A stretch of DNA of 55,056 nt, the filler included, from Dimargaris cristalligena (Eukaryota): NCBI GenBank assembly GCA_003614675.1. It is 3 parts of 3 records of this genome, joined end to end, with 100 filler letters (N's around TTAATTAATTAA, not from the genome) between each part and the next. Parts side by side here need not be neighbours in the genome. Positions count along the whole stretch, not along the records: positions 36,798 to 55,056 come from ML002772.1; 2 more parts are not named here. One strand, given 5' to 3'. Shown here in pieces: positions 39,701 through 51,600 of this stretch. Numbering within the stretch: position 1 is the stretch's first letter; every line of letters begins with the position of its first letter. The notes below the pieces were generated by a model. The model made no database searches. It saw only the letters and a program-made list of their open reading frames with translations, and had not been told where the DNA came from. A program made the position numbers and the translations under genes.

Positions 39701-41409
39701 TGGTCGTCAAGCTCGGCCGCGTGTGGGAATGCGCTGGTCGAAATGATCTCATCGGGCACGAGAACGGCTGGAATAGCGAGGGAAGTCATGGTGGACTCTA
39801 GACTAATTAATTCGGCCTCCTCGGCATTGGAAACCAGGGCCACTAGCTGGTCATCAGGTAAGACCAGGCATCGGGGAGATTGGGCACCGGCTTCCGTTAG
39901 TGCCCGAACCAGAGTACCGAGATGGAGCTGCCAGTGCTTAATAACCACTCGCTGTTCAGCTGGGCCTAGAATATGGACGAAATCAGCAGTATCCCGATAA
40001 CCAAGCACAGATTGCTTTAGCAGGCCAGTTTGTTTGGGGGACATGGTATCCAAGAGTACCAGTCGTCCAACCACTCCGGGGGGACAAGGGTGGTCATGGC
40101 CATCCAACACCTCTAAGAAGCAGCCGCTGGATGACCTATCTAGAACGGGCAGAGAACAAGAGACCAGTTGCTCTGGTGTAACACGGCGGTGGCCATGAAA
40201 GACGGATTCGATGAAAGTCAGGAAAATGTCAGTTGAATTGGCCAGACTTCTGACATGAGGCCAGGAGTTTTTATACGAGTCGATGAGAACTAGACGACCA
40301 CACTCTCCTGATTCGCAAGTTAGAGCATCGGCTGCCAAAACATGACAAGAAGTGGGTTTTTTATTACTCTGCACAATTGGACCGGGTGTCGAAACGGTTG
40401 CTTGGGATGTTAGGCAGGATAGAGCCAGCCAGGCGGTCTGGGGGCTGCCAAGGGCCAAGGAATGATCTATAATATATTGATATTTTCGGTCGATGAAGGG
40501 CCGAGTTGAGGCGAGGCTTCGCTGGATGTCCTGCTCAACAATAGCCAGCATGCTAAAGTCTGTCGATTGATTACGGGACGTGAACATCAAACTGAGTTCT
40601 AATTGGTCAGAAGACCGTTGGAATCGGCGAGTGGCTCGAACTTCACTGCTTCGTTGGTCAGCCGAGTCTGGAATACCGACCATAACAATGGTACAATCCA
40701 TGTAAGGACGTATCAGCTCGGTTTGATTGGACGGCAGCCATAACAGTTTTGCAGACATAGCTTTAGTATACGCCGATAGTTGCTCAATGTTATAGGGCGA
40801 TGCCAGAGGTAGGATTCGCGCCCCCAACTTGATGGCACTCACAAGGCAAATCAACAACTGCTCAACCTCGTCAACTACCGCCACGATTGCTGTGTTAGCC
40901 GTCTTGACGATTCGACTGGATTGGTGGGCAAGACTATCTGCCAATTGGTCGAGTTGCCCAAATGACAAGGTATGGGATGTTGAGACATATGCCGGGTGAT
41001 TAGCATGATCTAGCAAAGCAGTGTCCCAAGCCTGAGCTAAAGAAGGTGGGATAGTAGTATCAAAATTGGACGTCTGGATAGACTCAATGTGGCGGTGTGG
41101 TGCCGAATTATCGAGCATAAGTTGATTGATAGTGGTACCATCGACCGCTGATAGAATTTGGAGGAGAATGGACTGAATCATCTGGACAACACAAGCAATA
41201 GCCGTTTCAGAATAGGTGGATGCATTGTAGATGACCTTGGCCTGGATATCACTAGACTGGATAATAAAATCGATAGATAACAGGTATTCCGTACATTCGT
41301 GGGTTTGGAAATCGGACAGAATCAAGCTGTGTGAGGTATCAGGCGTGTAACCGGAGTAATTCTCGAACCCCAGAAGCGTCTGGAATAACGGCCCTGGTAT
41401 CCAATTGTG
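36798..41409 (-). CDS. NRPS fragment, partial at both ends: C(tail)-A*-T*-C*-A
   Basis: The frame continues upstream of the listed TTG into a C-domain tail (HNWIPGPLFQTLLGFENY). A degenerate A, T and C (LPTDRPRP, HEIFGTDG) follow. The last A domain is intact (LAYIVFTSGSTGLPKG, FDG, YGPTE, GEICIGG, YRTGD, QVKLRGFRIEL) and is cut by the contig end. Confidence 0.93.
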
Positions 41410-44400
41410 CCACTACTATCCCACTTTCTTTAGCTCAGGCTTGGGACACTGCTTTGCTAGATCATGCTAATCACCCGGCATATGTCTCAGAAGCCCATAC
41501 CCTGTCATTTGGGCAACTCGACCAATTGGCAGATAGTCTTGCCCACCAATCCAATCGAATCGTCAAGAAGGCTAGCCCAGCAATCGTGGCCGTAGTAGAC
41601 GGAGTGGAGCAATGGTTGATTTGCCTCGTTAGTGCCTTCAAGTTGGGGGCGCGACTTTTACCTCTGGCATCACCCTATAGCATCGAACAATTATTAGCAT
41701 GTTCTAAAGCCATATCAGCCAATATTGTGTGGCTACCATCGTCTCAAATCAAGCTACTAGGCACTTGTATTGATTGTACTGTAGATATAGTCGGTCTTCC
41801 AGACCCGGTTGGCTATCAAATCAGCGAAACTTGGGCTACTCACCAATCCACGTGGCCTCTTGACCAAATCGAACTTGGTTTGGCGTTTATATCCAACAGG
41901 CAATCATCGGACTTCGGCATGTGGGCGATTGACGAGCCGGAAATTCGGCGCACCCTTACCTTAACTCGGCCCTACATTAGCAGTGTGCGTCAGTATTCTC
42001 TGGACCATTCCTTGGCCCTTGACAGTCCCCAGACCGCCTGGTTGGTGTTATCCTGTCTAATGTCCCAAGCAACCATTTTGACACCCGGTCCATCTATGCA
42101 GGGGAATAGCAAAACTACCTCTTCTCATGTAGTGGCAGCCAATTCTCTAACTTGCGAATCAGGAGAGGGTAGCCGTCTGGTTCTCTGTGGCTTATATGAA
42201 AACGGCTGGCCTCATGTCAGAGGTTTGGTCAAGTCAACCGACATTTGCCTGACCTTTATCGACTCCATCTTCCATGGCCACCGTTGTATTACACCCGAGC
42301 AGCTGGCTGCATGCTCTCTACCTGTTGTAGATAAACTTTTCAGCGGCTATATCTTAGAGGTGTTAGATGACCATGGTCACCCCTGTCCCCCCGGAGTCGT
42401 TGGACGGTTGTCACTCTTGGACACCCTGAACTCCAATCAAACTAGACCGCTAAAGCAACCTGCGCTTGGTTACCGAGATACAGCCGACATGGTCCATATT
42501 TTGGGCCCGGCTGAACAGCGAGTGATTATTAGGCACCAGCAGGTCCATTTCGGAACACTGGTTCGGAAACTAACTGAGGTCGGTGCCCAATCTTCCCGAC
42601 ACTTAGTCTTGCCTGATGGACAGCTGGTCGTGCTGGTTTCCAATGTCGCCGAGGTGGAGTTGATTAGACTCAAGTCCATTATGGTCCCGCCTGTCATTCC
42701 ATCCGCTCTCGTGCCCGATGAGATCATTTCGACCAGTGCATTCCCCCACGTGACCGATCTTAATGACCAACTTCTCCCACACTTTGCCAAAGCATATCTA
42801 ACCGCACGTCCAGCCTATTCAGACCAGTCCTTATCAGAATATGAATGGTGGCTGATAGTGGTGGTGAATGAACTTTACGCATCTTCCAACCATTCTTCCG
42901 TTGGTAACATTGATACCGCACCTCTAATGTCCACATCAAGGATTCCACTGGCCCATCTGGACCTACTTCAGTACCGCATTCGCCAGAAATTCGGTGTTGC
43001 CGTTGGTTTGGGCGAGTTTATTAAACACACCGAGATTCGTACTTTGGCTTCTATCGTCGAGAGATTTATTAATCAAGGCACAGATGAGCAGTCTCCTGAT
43101 TTCACCATCGAAGATGCCGTTATCGCCCCTCTGGACATGTCACCTCTGTATAATCGTGCAATATCAGTCACTAGTCATCAACAACGAGTCTGGTCCCTCA
43201 GTCGGTTGAGCAATCCTTCATCAGCTTTTTACCACCACTGTACGATAACTTCCAAGGCCCCACTTCAGTTGGTGGAGGTCCAGTGGACTATCGATCACCT
43301 AACTACCGTATTTGAATCCCTTCGTTATCGGTTTCTATCAGTCCGGGGTGTACTAACATGCCATGTTTTACCACGAGTGTCAATTGGAGTAACTGAGCAC
43401 CAACTTCCCAGCTCTCAAGTATTCGATGGCGACCAGTTCGACGTACATGTACCTCAATTTGATTTGAATCGATGTGAGCTGGTTCAAATCGACTTGTATC
43501 AGCTTCCGATGGACACAGCCTACAACAAATCTTCGGTGATTGGAATTCGTGTCCATGAAATCCTCGGACCCACCAACGAATTTGATGAAATTGTGCGTAC
43601 GCTCACTAATCAATTGGTTGGACATTCACCCAGATTACCCAATGTCCAATTCATGAAAACTTGCAGTACTAGTGAGCCTACTAAAGCAGACCTCAACTAT
43701 TGGAGCACTCTTCTACAGAATCCACCGGCTGAACTGGCTCTCCCGACCGACCAGCCTCGCCCCCTTGTGCCCACTTTCCTCTGTAATGTGGCCGAAACCG
43801 GAGTTGAGCAGCAATTTCTTGACACTGTTCAGGAGCAGACTTCGAAAGAGTCGGTTAAGGAACACGGAATCTGGTCATCTCTATTTGCGACATTCTTGTT
43901 GCGCCTGACGGGGCAAACTGATTTGATTATGGACTTAAGTGGTCCATTTATCGAGAATGGTGATACTTCGGTTGGTATGAAAGCCCTGTCGGTACTGGCA
44001 CAACCTCTCCGAGTAAAGGGGGAACCATCGTTAGATTTCCCCGAAATAGTCGGACAATTGGCCCACCAGATCGTAGACTCTCAGCTCCACCCTTTGCCTT
44101 TAATGGACACTCTTGCCCCCCACTTGTCTCTCGAAGGCCAACACAGAATTTCCGGCCTGTCTCGTATATCAGTTTCATACCACCACCCGGCCGGACCCGG
44201 TGGCAATTCTACTGCAGTCCGCTGTGTCAGGCCCCGATTGCCCCGAACGATGTTCCCTTATGATTTACAACTGGTTGTTGACTGCCATGACCATACACCT
44301 ATATGTCAATTGAGATTTAACCAGAGTCTCTTCAACGTTGACACGGCGAACCGCCTACTTCATAATTTCATGGCCTATGCACATTCGGTTGTAGTCGCTC

Positions 44401-45675
44401 ACCAGCGGTGGTCTACGGCATCACTGATATGTCCAACTGAGGCCAACCTCATCCGGGACAAGTTCACACTCGGGCCTCCTAATTCGGTTACGCGGGAAAA
44501 CCCTCACCTAAGCGTTCTAGACTTATTCTTGGATATGGTCCAAAAATACCCCAATCGAGTAGCCACTGAAATTGCCAATGTTACCTACACCTACGCCCAG
44601 CTATCCCGAAGAATCTTCGTACTGGTCGAGCGTCTCCAACGTGCTAATGTACAACCATGCGACAAGGTGGGTGTTATCGTAACCAATCACCCAGATGCGG
44701 TCATGTGCATTCTAGCCGTTTGGGGCGTCGGGGCCGTCTATGTACCGGTGGATTTCAAGCTCCCAACTGCCCGTCAAAAGTATATTGTCGACACGGCTGG
44801 TTGCACATGTATCGTGAATGCATCAGGAACAAGCACAGAATGGAACGAAGCCATCTTCATTGACGGCCTTAGCGATGACATCGAATCTACCACCACAGCA
44901 TCCTCCCTCCACCCCATTCAACCAACAGACCTGGCCTACATTGTGTTCACTTCGGGATCCACCGGTCTCCCCAAGGGTGTCATTATCGAACATCGCAGCC
45001 TTTTAAATATGCTTACCAGTCCCACCCTCGAGATGCTGCAGCAGCCCGGTACCCGAACCATGAATGGCATGGCAGCTGGGTTTGACGGCTTTTTCCTGAA
45101 CACCTTGCTTCCCCTATGCTACGGTTCTACCTTGGTTTTCTATGGTGACGATCTTCCAGGCACATTGAAGACAGTGCAACAGACTATTCTGCTTCCGTCC
45201 ATCATCTCTACCCTGAATCCCCACGACTATACCAACTTGAATAGCTTGCTGGTCGGTGGTGAACATTTACCTCGAGAATTAGCGAGTCAGTGGTCAACGG
45301 TGACCACTTTTTACAATATCTACGGGCCGACCGAAGCCACAATCATATGCCTTATGATTGAAGTACCATCCTCCGGATGTGTTCCAATCGGCCGACCAAT
45401 GGCCGATTACGAGTGTTACATTTTGGATGAAAACCTGCTAGTGGTTCCAATTGGTGCCGTCGGTGAGATTTGTATTGGTGGTGTTGGGGTTGCCCTCGGC
45501 TATATCAATCGACCGGATCTTAATCCGATTAAGTTCGTTGACAATCCCTTCACTAAGCATGGTAAAATCTACCGAACCGGTGATCTGGGCCGTTGGCTGC
45601 CCGATGGACAGGTCATGTGTTTGGGGCGCAAGGACAGCCAGGTGAAACTGCGGGGGTTCCGTATCGAGCTGGATG
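36798..45675. repeat. diverged inverted repeat: 36798-41070 versus 41400-45675 (two NRPS paralog segments), ~330 bp spacer
   Basis: Colinear protein alignment over the whole length. Perfectly identical patches are 40981-41044/41426-41489 (64 bp) and 36798-36841/45632-45675 (44 bp). Confidence 0.92.
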
Positions 45676-48600
45676 AGATTCGCAGCGTTTTGATGCGCCA
45701 GCCCTGGGTCCAGGACTGTGTCGTGTTCGTCCACGACCAATTCTTAGTCAGCTACGTATTTTCGGATTCTACTGCCAGTGAGAATACTCTTCGTTCTTCC
45801 GTCGCGGACCAGCTACCGTCTTATATGGTTCCCAGTTATATCATTGGCCTTCCGAAAGTTCCTCTGACCACCAATGGCAAGTGCGACACCCAGTTTCTCC
45901 GGACTCACTTTGCTGACCATTTGGCCACACAGCGGCAGCAAGTCCCGCTTGTTGACAGTGGGTCTGAAGAAGATGAACCATTAACTGTCCTAATTCAGGC
46001 ATTGTGTGAGGTGCTTGGTCTATCGCCTAGCCAAGTTAATCCTAACTTAACTTTTATCAAAATTGGGGGAGACTCCATTTCAGCCATTCAGGTCTCATCC
46101 AAGTGCCGCCAATTTGGGTTTTCCCTACCCACCTCCGGCCTACTGGGATCCCGGCCCTTATGCGATGCCTCCAAGGAAATGTCTCATATTTTACCTTCCA
46201 GTGGCAAAGCCAGCCAATTCCATCACGTAGAATACCACACAAAATTCCCGCTTACCCCGATCCAACAGTGGTTCTTTGACCACCCCTGGTCCAACCCAAA
46301 TCATTTTAATATGTCGTTTGCCCTGGAATTGACTCGACCATTAACTATCGCTGAGCTCACCCCAGCCTTGCTCCGTTTGATAAACTGCCATGATATGCTG
46401 CGCTGTCAATTCACCCAGGTCCCGCATGGTCTTCCAGGCCAGTGGTCCCAAGAAATTATACCACCTTTCGCCGAATTGCCCATTCCAATTGTAGAGTTTG
46501 GCGTATCACCCTCTAGTCTGCCGGAAAAACTTATATCAATCCAGGCATCGCTTGACATCACCCAAGGCCACCATTTGGCTGCGGGTCTCATCACCATTTC
46601 GGATGGCGATAGTAACACGCCGGTGTCTAACGGATCTCGTTTGACCAGCATCTCTCCTCCATTTAAAAGGCAGTTACTATTCCTGACCATCCACCATCTT
46701 GTAGTGGATTTGGTATCCTGGTCGATTCTACTCGAGGACTTGGCTCACATTTTAGACGGTCAGTCACCAGCGCCGCAGCCCTTGGAATTTGCCACCTGGG
46801 CAACGGAGTTAGTAGACTGGGCCAAGCTAGATATGTCTAATGCCAATCCGAGCCATCCGCAAGCGACTCCACAGTCGTCGTTTTTGCCCCTCGCTGGACC
46901 GGACTGCCTGGCTTTGAACACCCAAGCAAACACTCTATGCCAATCGGTCACACTCGATTCTGCTCTGTCAGACGCCATTCTGCATATTGACACTGGGGGT
47001 ATCCGGCCTCTAGATCTGATGCTCACTGGTCTGTTCCAGGCCCTACACTTTATTTCGCAGGCCCCGACCATTACCATCTTCAATGAATCTCACGGCCGTC
47101 ATCCGTGGCAGTCCAATATTGATCCCAGTCGAACCGTTAGTTGGTTCACTTCTATATTTCCCTGCCGGGCGCAAGTAGATGCTGGTACAACGCTCTTAGA
47201 TTACCTCAAACAAGCCAAGCAGGCACTTCGCTCATCAAGCGGGACTCAGGGGCTGAAACCCGGCCTTCAACAGCTATTGCACCGTCCGCAAAACACAACG
47301 TCTGATGAACAGCCTTATTCGCCGATGGACGTCTGCTTCAACTACCTGGGCCACACAACAAGTAACGGGACGTTATCCATGCACGGTCGAGCTCCCTGGA
47401 CCCCTCTCCCAGAATTGACGACCACCTTGGCCATCTGTGACCCGTCTGAACTTCGTGCACAGATACTTGAGGTGATTGGTCTGCCAACTCCCGGTGGATT
47501 AACATTCATGATTTACTACTGTCCCCAGGTCATCCCAACAGGCGTTATTGAATCTCTTTTGGACCATCTTCGACAGTCTCTGGTGGATATCGTACAGTGC
47601 CTCGATCAGTCGCATCATCCTTCTCTCTGGACTCCGTCGGATTTCCCCAGTCTGAACACCACCCTCTCCGAATTGGCCAAACTGGAGGCTGAGCTTTCCA
47701 CCGTTGGACTTTCCCCGCACGATGTCGAGGATCTCTACCCCATGCTACCCATGCAGCAAGGTTTGTGGACGGCTACTGCCAAGGATCCCACTAAATACCT
47801 GGTCCAATTTGTCTTTACTGTAACGGGGATTTCAGATCAAACCCAACTTGAAATAGCCACCCGGGCCATGGTTGCCGATAATACTATTCTACGTACAGTA
47901 TTCTTGACCACCTGGAGCAATTCTCGATGTGACGGCGTCCAGATAATCCCCCGGACCCCGCGTTTTGATTGGCATGTCCTCCATGAGTGGGCAGATATGG
48001 GTGCTTCCAGTGAAGACGATTTCCTACAGTCAAATCGGGCGCGAGGGTTTGCACTTGATGGGCCGCTCCTTCGGGTCTATGTCATGCAGCTCTCACCTAG
48101 CTCGTTCCGTTACCTTTTAACTGTTCACCACGCCCTGGTCGATGGCTGGTCGGGTAGTCTTATGATTCAACAACTCCGTAGCCGCCTTCAAAATGAATCC
48201 CCGGCCCATGTTAATGATGCCCTATCATTTTGCGACTACGCTGGGTATTACTTGAACACATATAATCCCGAAGCCGAACCATTCTGGCGTGGCTATCTTC
48301 AGGGAGTTGATAATCCCACCGACCTAGAACTCCCCAAACCCTCCGACATATCGAAACCAAGTAAGGCCGAGTTTCACTTCACCCTGTTCTCGGATTATGA
48401 CCGAGTTCAGCGAGTTGCCCGGCATTTAGGATACACCCCCTATACACTTATCAAAACCGCTTGGGCCATCCTCCTGAAACGCTACACCGGTCAGGCTGAT
48501 ATCATATATGGCATTACGGTGTCTGGTCGAACCCTTCCTTTAGCCGGCATCGATTCTCTTCTGGGGTGCCTCATTAACACCGTACCTTTTCGAGTCCAGT

Positions 48601-51600
48601 TTGATTCAGATTTGGCCGTGTCACAGCTTGTTTCGTCCATCAATGACACCACCCAACAGATGGCTCCGTTTGAACACTACCACCTATCAAATATAAATGG
48701 GTGGGTAGATGGCGAGGTCCGCCCCAGCGACACGTTCAATACTTTAATGGTGTTCGAGAACTACCCCGATACCGGGTTGGGCGATTTAAGTCATCCGATC
48801 ACTTTTACGGAAAACAAGACGGTTGAATCCGCTGAGTACCCCATGGCTGTCATTGCTCGAGTAGATCATGATGAAATTACTGCGTGTCTGAATTGGGATG
48901 CATCCCAGTTTGGTCAGTGCTACGTCGAAACCCTGTCCCAGCATTTCTGTACATTATTTGATGGGCTAGTCTGTGCCCTTGCTGATTCGGAAAAACACAG
49001 CCTCGTCGACGATCTTCCGATGCTATCCGCCAATGATATCGTCTTGGTCACTGAGCAATTTGCCCGTCCAACTCTGGCCATCGATTTCGATGCCTGTGTG
49101 CCTAGCCTATTTGCTGATACTGCCAAGGCCACTCCTGATACCGTTGCAATTGAGTACAAAGAAATGCAATGGACCTACAGAGAGTTGTATAACCAAACGA
49201 TTAACTTGACTCACCGACTGCAACATTATGGCGTTCAGCATGAGGCGCCAGTCGGCCTTCTAATCGACCGGTTACCCAGTACTGTCGCAGCTTTTCTGGG
49301 TGTCCTCCAAGCCGGAGCTGCCTTTGTGCCTCTCGATCCCGCCTTTCCCGTCGACCGAATCAACTACATAGTGGAAGACTGCGGTATCAAACTTGTACTT
49401 ACAAATACAGCCGACCAAACCAAACTAGATTCTATTCGACTGGCCCTTGTAGGTGTTGACTTCCATAGTATCGATAAGTGGCTCCTCCCCCTCCGGTTAC
49501 CCTCAGACCAACTATCCCCCTTACCCCAGATTAGGCCCACGGATTTGTCACATATCCTTTACACGTCAGGCACCACAGGCCGACCCAAGGGTGTCCAACT
49601 CGAGCATCGTCTGATGGCCAATTTTGTTCAACAGGCCGAGTCGACGGTTTGCATCACTCGTGGATTAAGACTGATGCAGAATATGGCACTGACCTTTGAC
49701 GGAGCCCTGATTGAGATCTTCACCGGCTTGTGCAAAGGCAGTACCATAGTCATACGCACGGATATTCTGGACACGCTTCCCTTGGTGGAGGCCTTGGTGA
49801 CCACACCCACTGTACTCGCTTCCTTGGATCCATCCAAGTACCCCAAGTTAAAGAAGGTCATTTCAGGGGGAGAGGCCCTTCCGCGTCAAGTGGCCGAACT
49901 CTGGGCAAACCACTGCCGCGTGTTCAATATGTACGGCCCCACCGAATGTCTTCTCTCGCATACCATTGAATACAAAATTGGAAATGTACCTACCGTTGGA
50001 AGACCAATTCCCAACACTGAGGCCTATATCCTTGACCAAAATCTGCGACCTGTTCCCATTGGGGTCCGGGGGGAAATCTGTATTGCAGGTATCCAGGTTA
50101 CCCGAGGTTATGTCAACTTGCCGGAACTTAACCGTGAACGATTATTGCCCAATCCCTTTACTGACAAGGGTCTCCTCTATCGTACAGGCGACAATGGTCG
50201 CTGGTTGATTGATGGCACTGTCGAGTATTTTTCTCGACATGATGACCAGGTAAAAATTCGTGGCCACCGGGTGGAACCGCAGGAGATTGAGACGGTCCTA
50301 CTCAGCCATCCCGACGTGAAGAGCACCGCCGTTGTCATCGCCAGTCGAAAAATTTACGCATTTATTTGCCCTGGTTCAGTATCCGTCGAGTCCGTTAAGT
50401 CTCACATTGGTCGGATTCTACCCGCCTATATGAACCCTAACGCCATATTTAAAATTGATGAACTACCCCGCAACACCAATGGCAAGACCGACAAGCATGT
50501 CTTGAATGCAAAAATCGCCGAATTAACCTCAATGGATATTGGCCGTGCCATTACTGCCCCGCAGAATCCAATGCAGGCCCTGGCCATTGAGGCCCTTAGC
50601 CAGACCTTGGACGTTCCCTGTAGCGAAATTGACATTTATGACTCATTTTTCCAACACGGCGGTGACTCGATTTCTGCTATTCGCCTATCCTCCCTCTGCC
50701 GAGACCGTGGCCTATATATCACCATTGCCCAGGTGTTCAAGTGTAGTAATATTGTCGAGTTGGCCGAGTGTGCCTCTGATCACTCGAAATCCGACGGACC
50801 ATTGGAACGCCATAGCTCTACCCACTACACACCCTATAGTCTACTTGGCGAAGTGGGCGCACCTTCCTTCGTTACGGACTCCCTCCTGCAAGAGGCCACT
50901 TCCCAACTTAAATTAGGCTTGGATGAAGTCACCGATATTCTGCCGGTTTCAGGGCTCCAATTGGGCTTTCTTGTGAATACCCTGAAAGACCCAAGTTCGT
51001 ATATGGTGCAGGAGTCTTTCACCATTTCTGGAGATTTGGACTTGGATCGCCTCCAGAACGCGTGGCACCGGTTGGCTGAGTACCATGACATCCTAAGAAC
51101 GAAATTCTTCCAACCCGCATCTCTGCCAAACCACTCCTTCCTCCAGGTTATCACAAAATGGTGTGACATTGAATGGTCAATCCATACAGATGTGGCTGAC
51201 GACTGGTCTGCCTTGGAAAAAACATACTTTGCAACCGACCGCCAACGTGGTTTTACTTTTGAAGGGCCGTTATTACGGATAGCGCTTTTCACCTCACCTT
51301 CCACTGATATTTACCGGCACCTGTGTTTCTTTACCTTCCACCATGCCCTACTCGATGCCTGGTCCTGGAATATCGTTTTGGCCGAACTGGTTGACCTATA
51401 CCACGGTACCGAACCTACTCCCACAACACAGTTTAGTAACTATATTTCATATCTTCAAAACGCCGACCAATTCCAGCTCCAGCAGTACTGGCAGACGGCC
51501 CTAGTGAATGCCCGACCTACCCCCTCGATCCACTTCCCCGTTTACGCAACTCAATCTCCAGTATGCAAATATGGCGTACACCGTAACACACTGTCATCCA

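Noticed and set aside
41071-41399. Bidirectional promoter driving two divergent NRPS genes
   Set aside because: The spacer is entirely in-frame C-domain/linker coding sequence of the - copy, and neither frame has a credible start.
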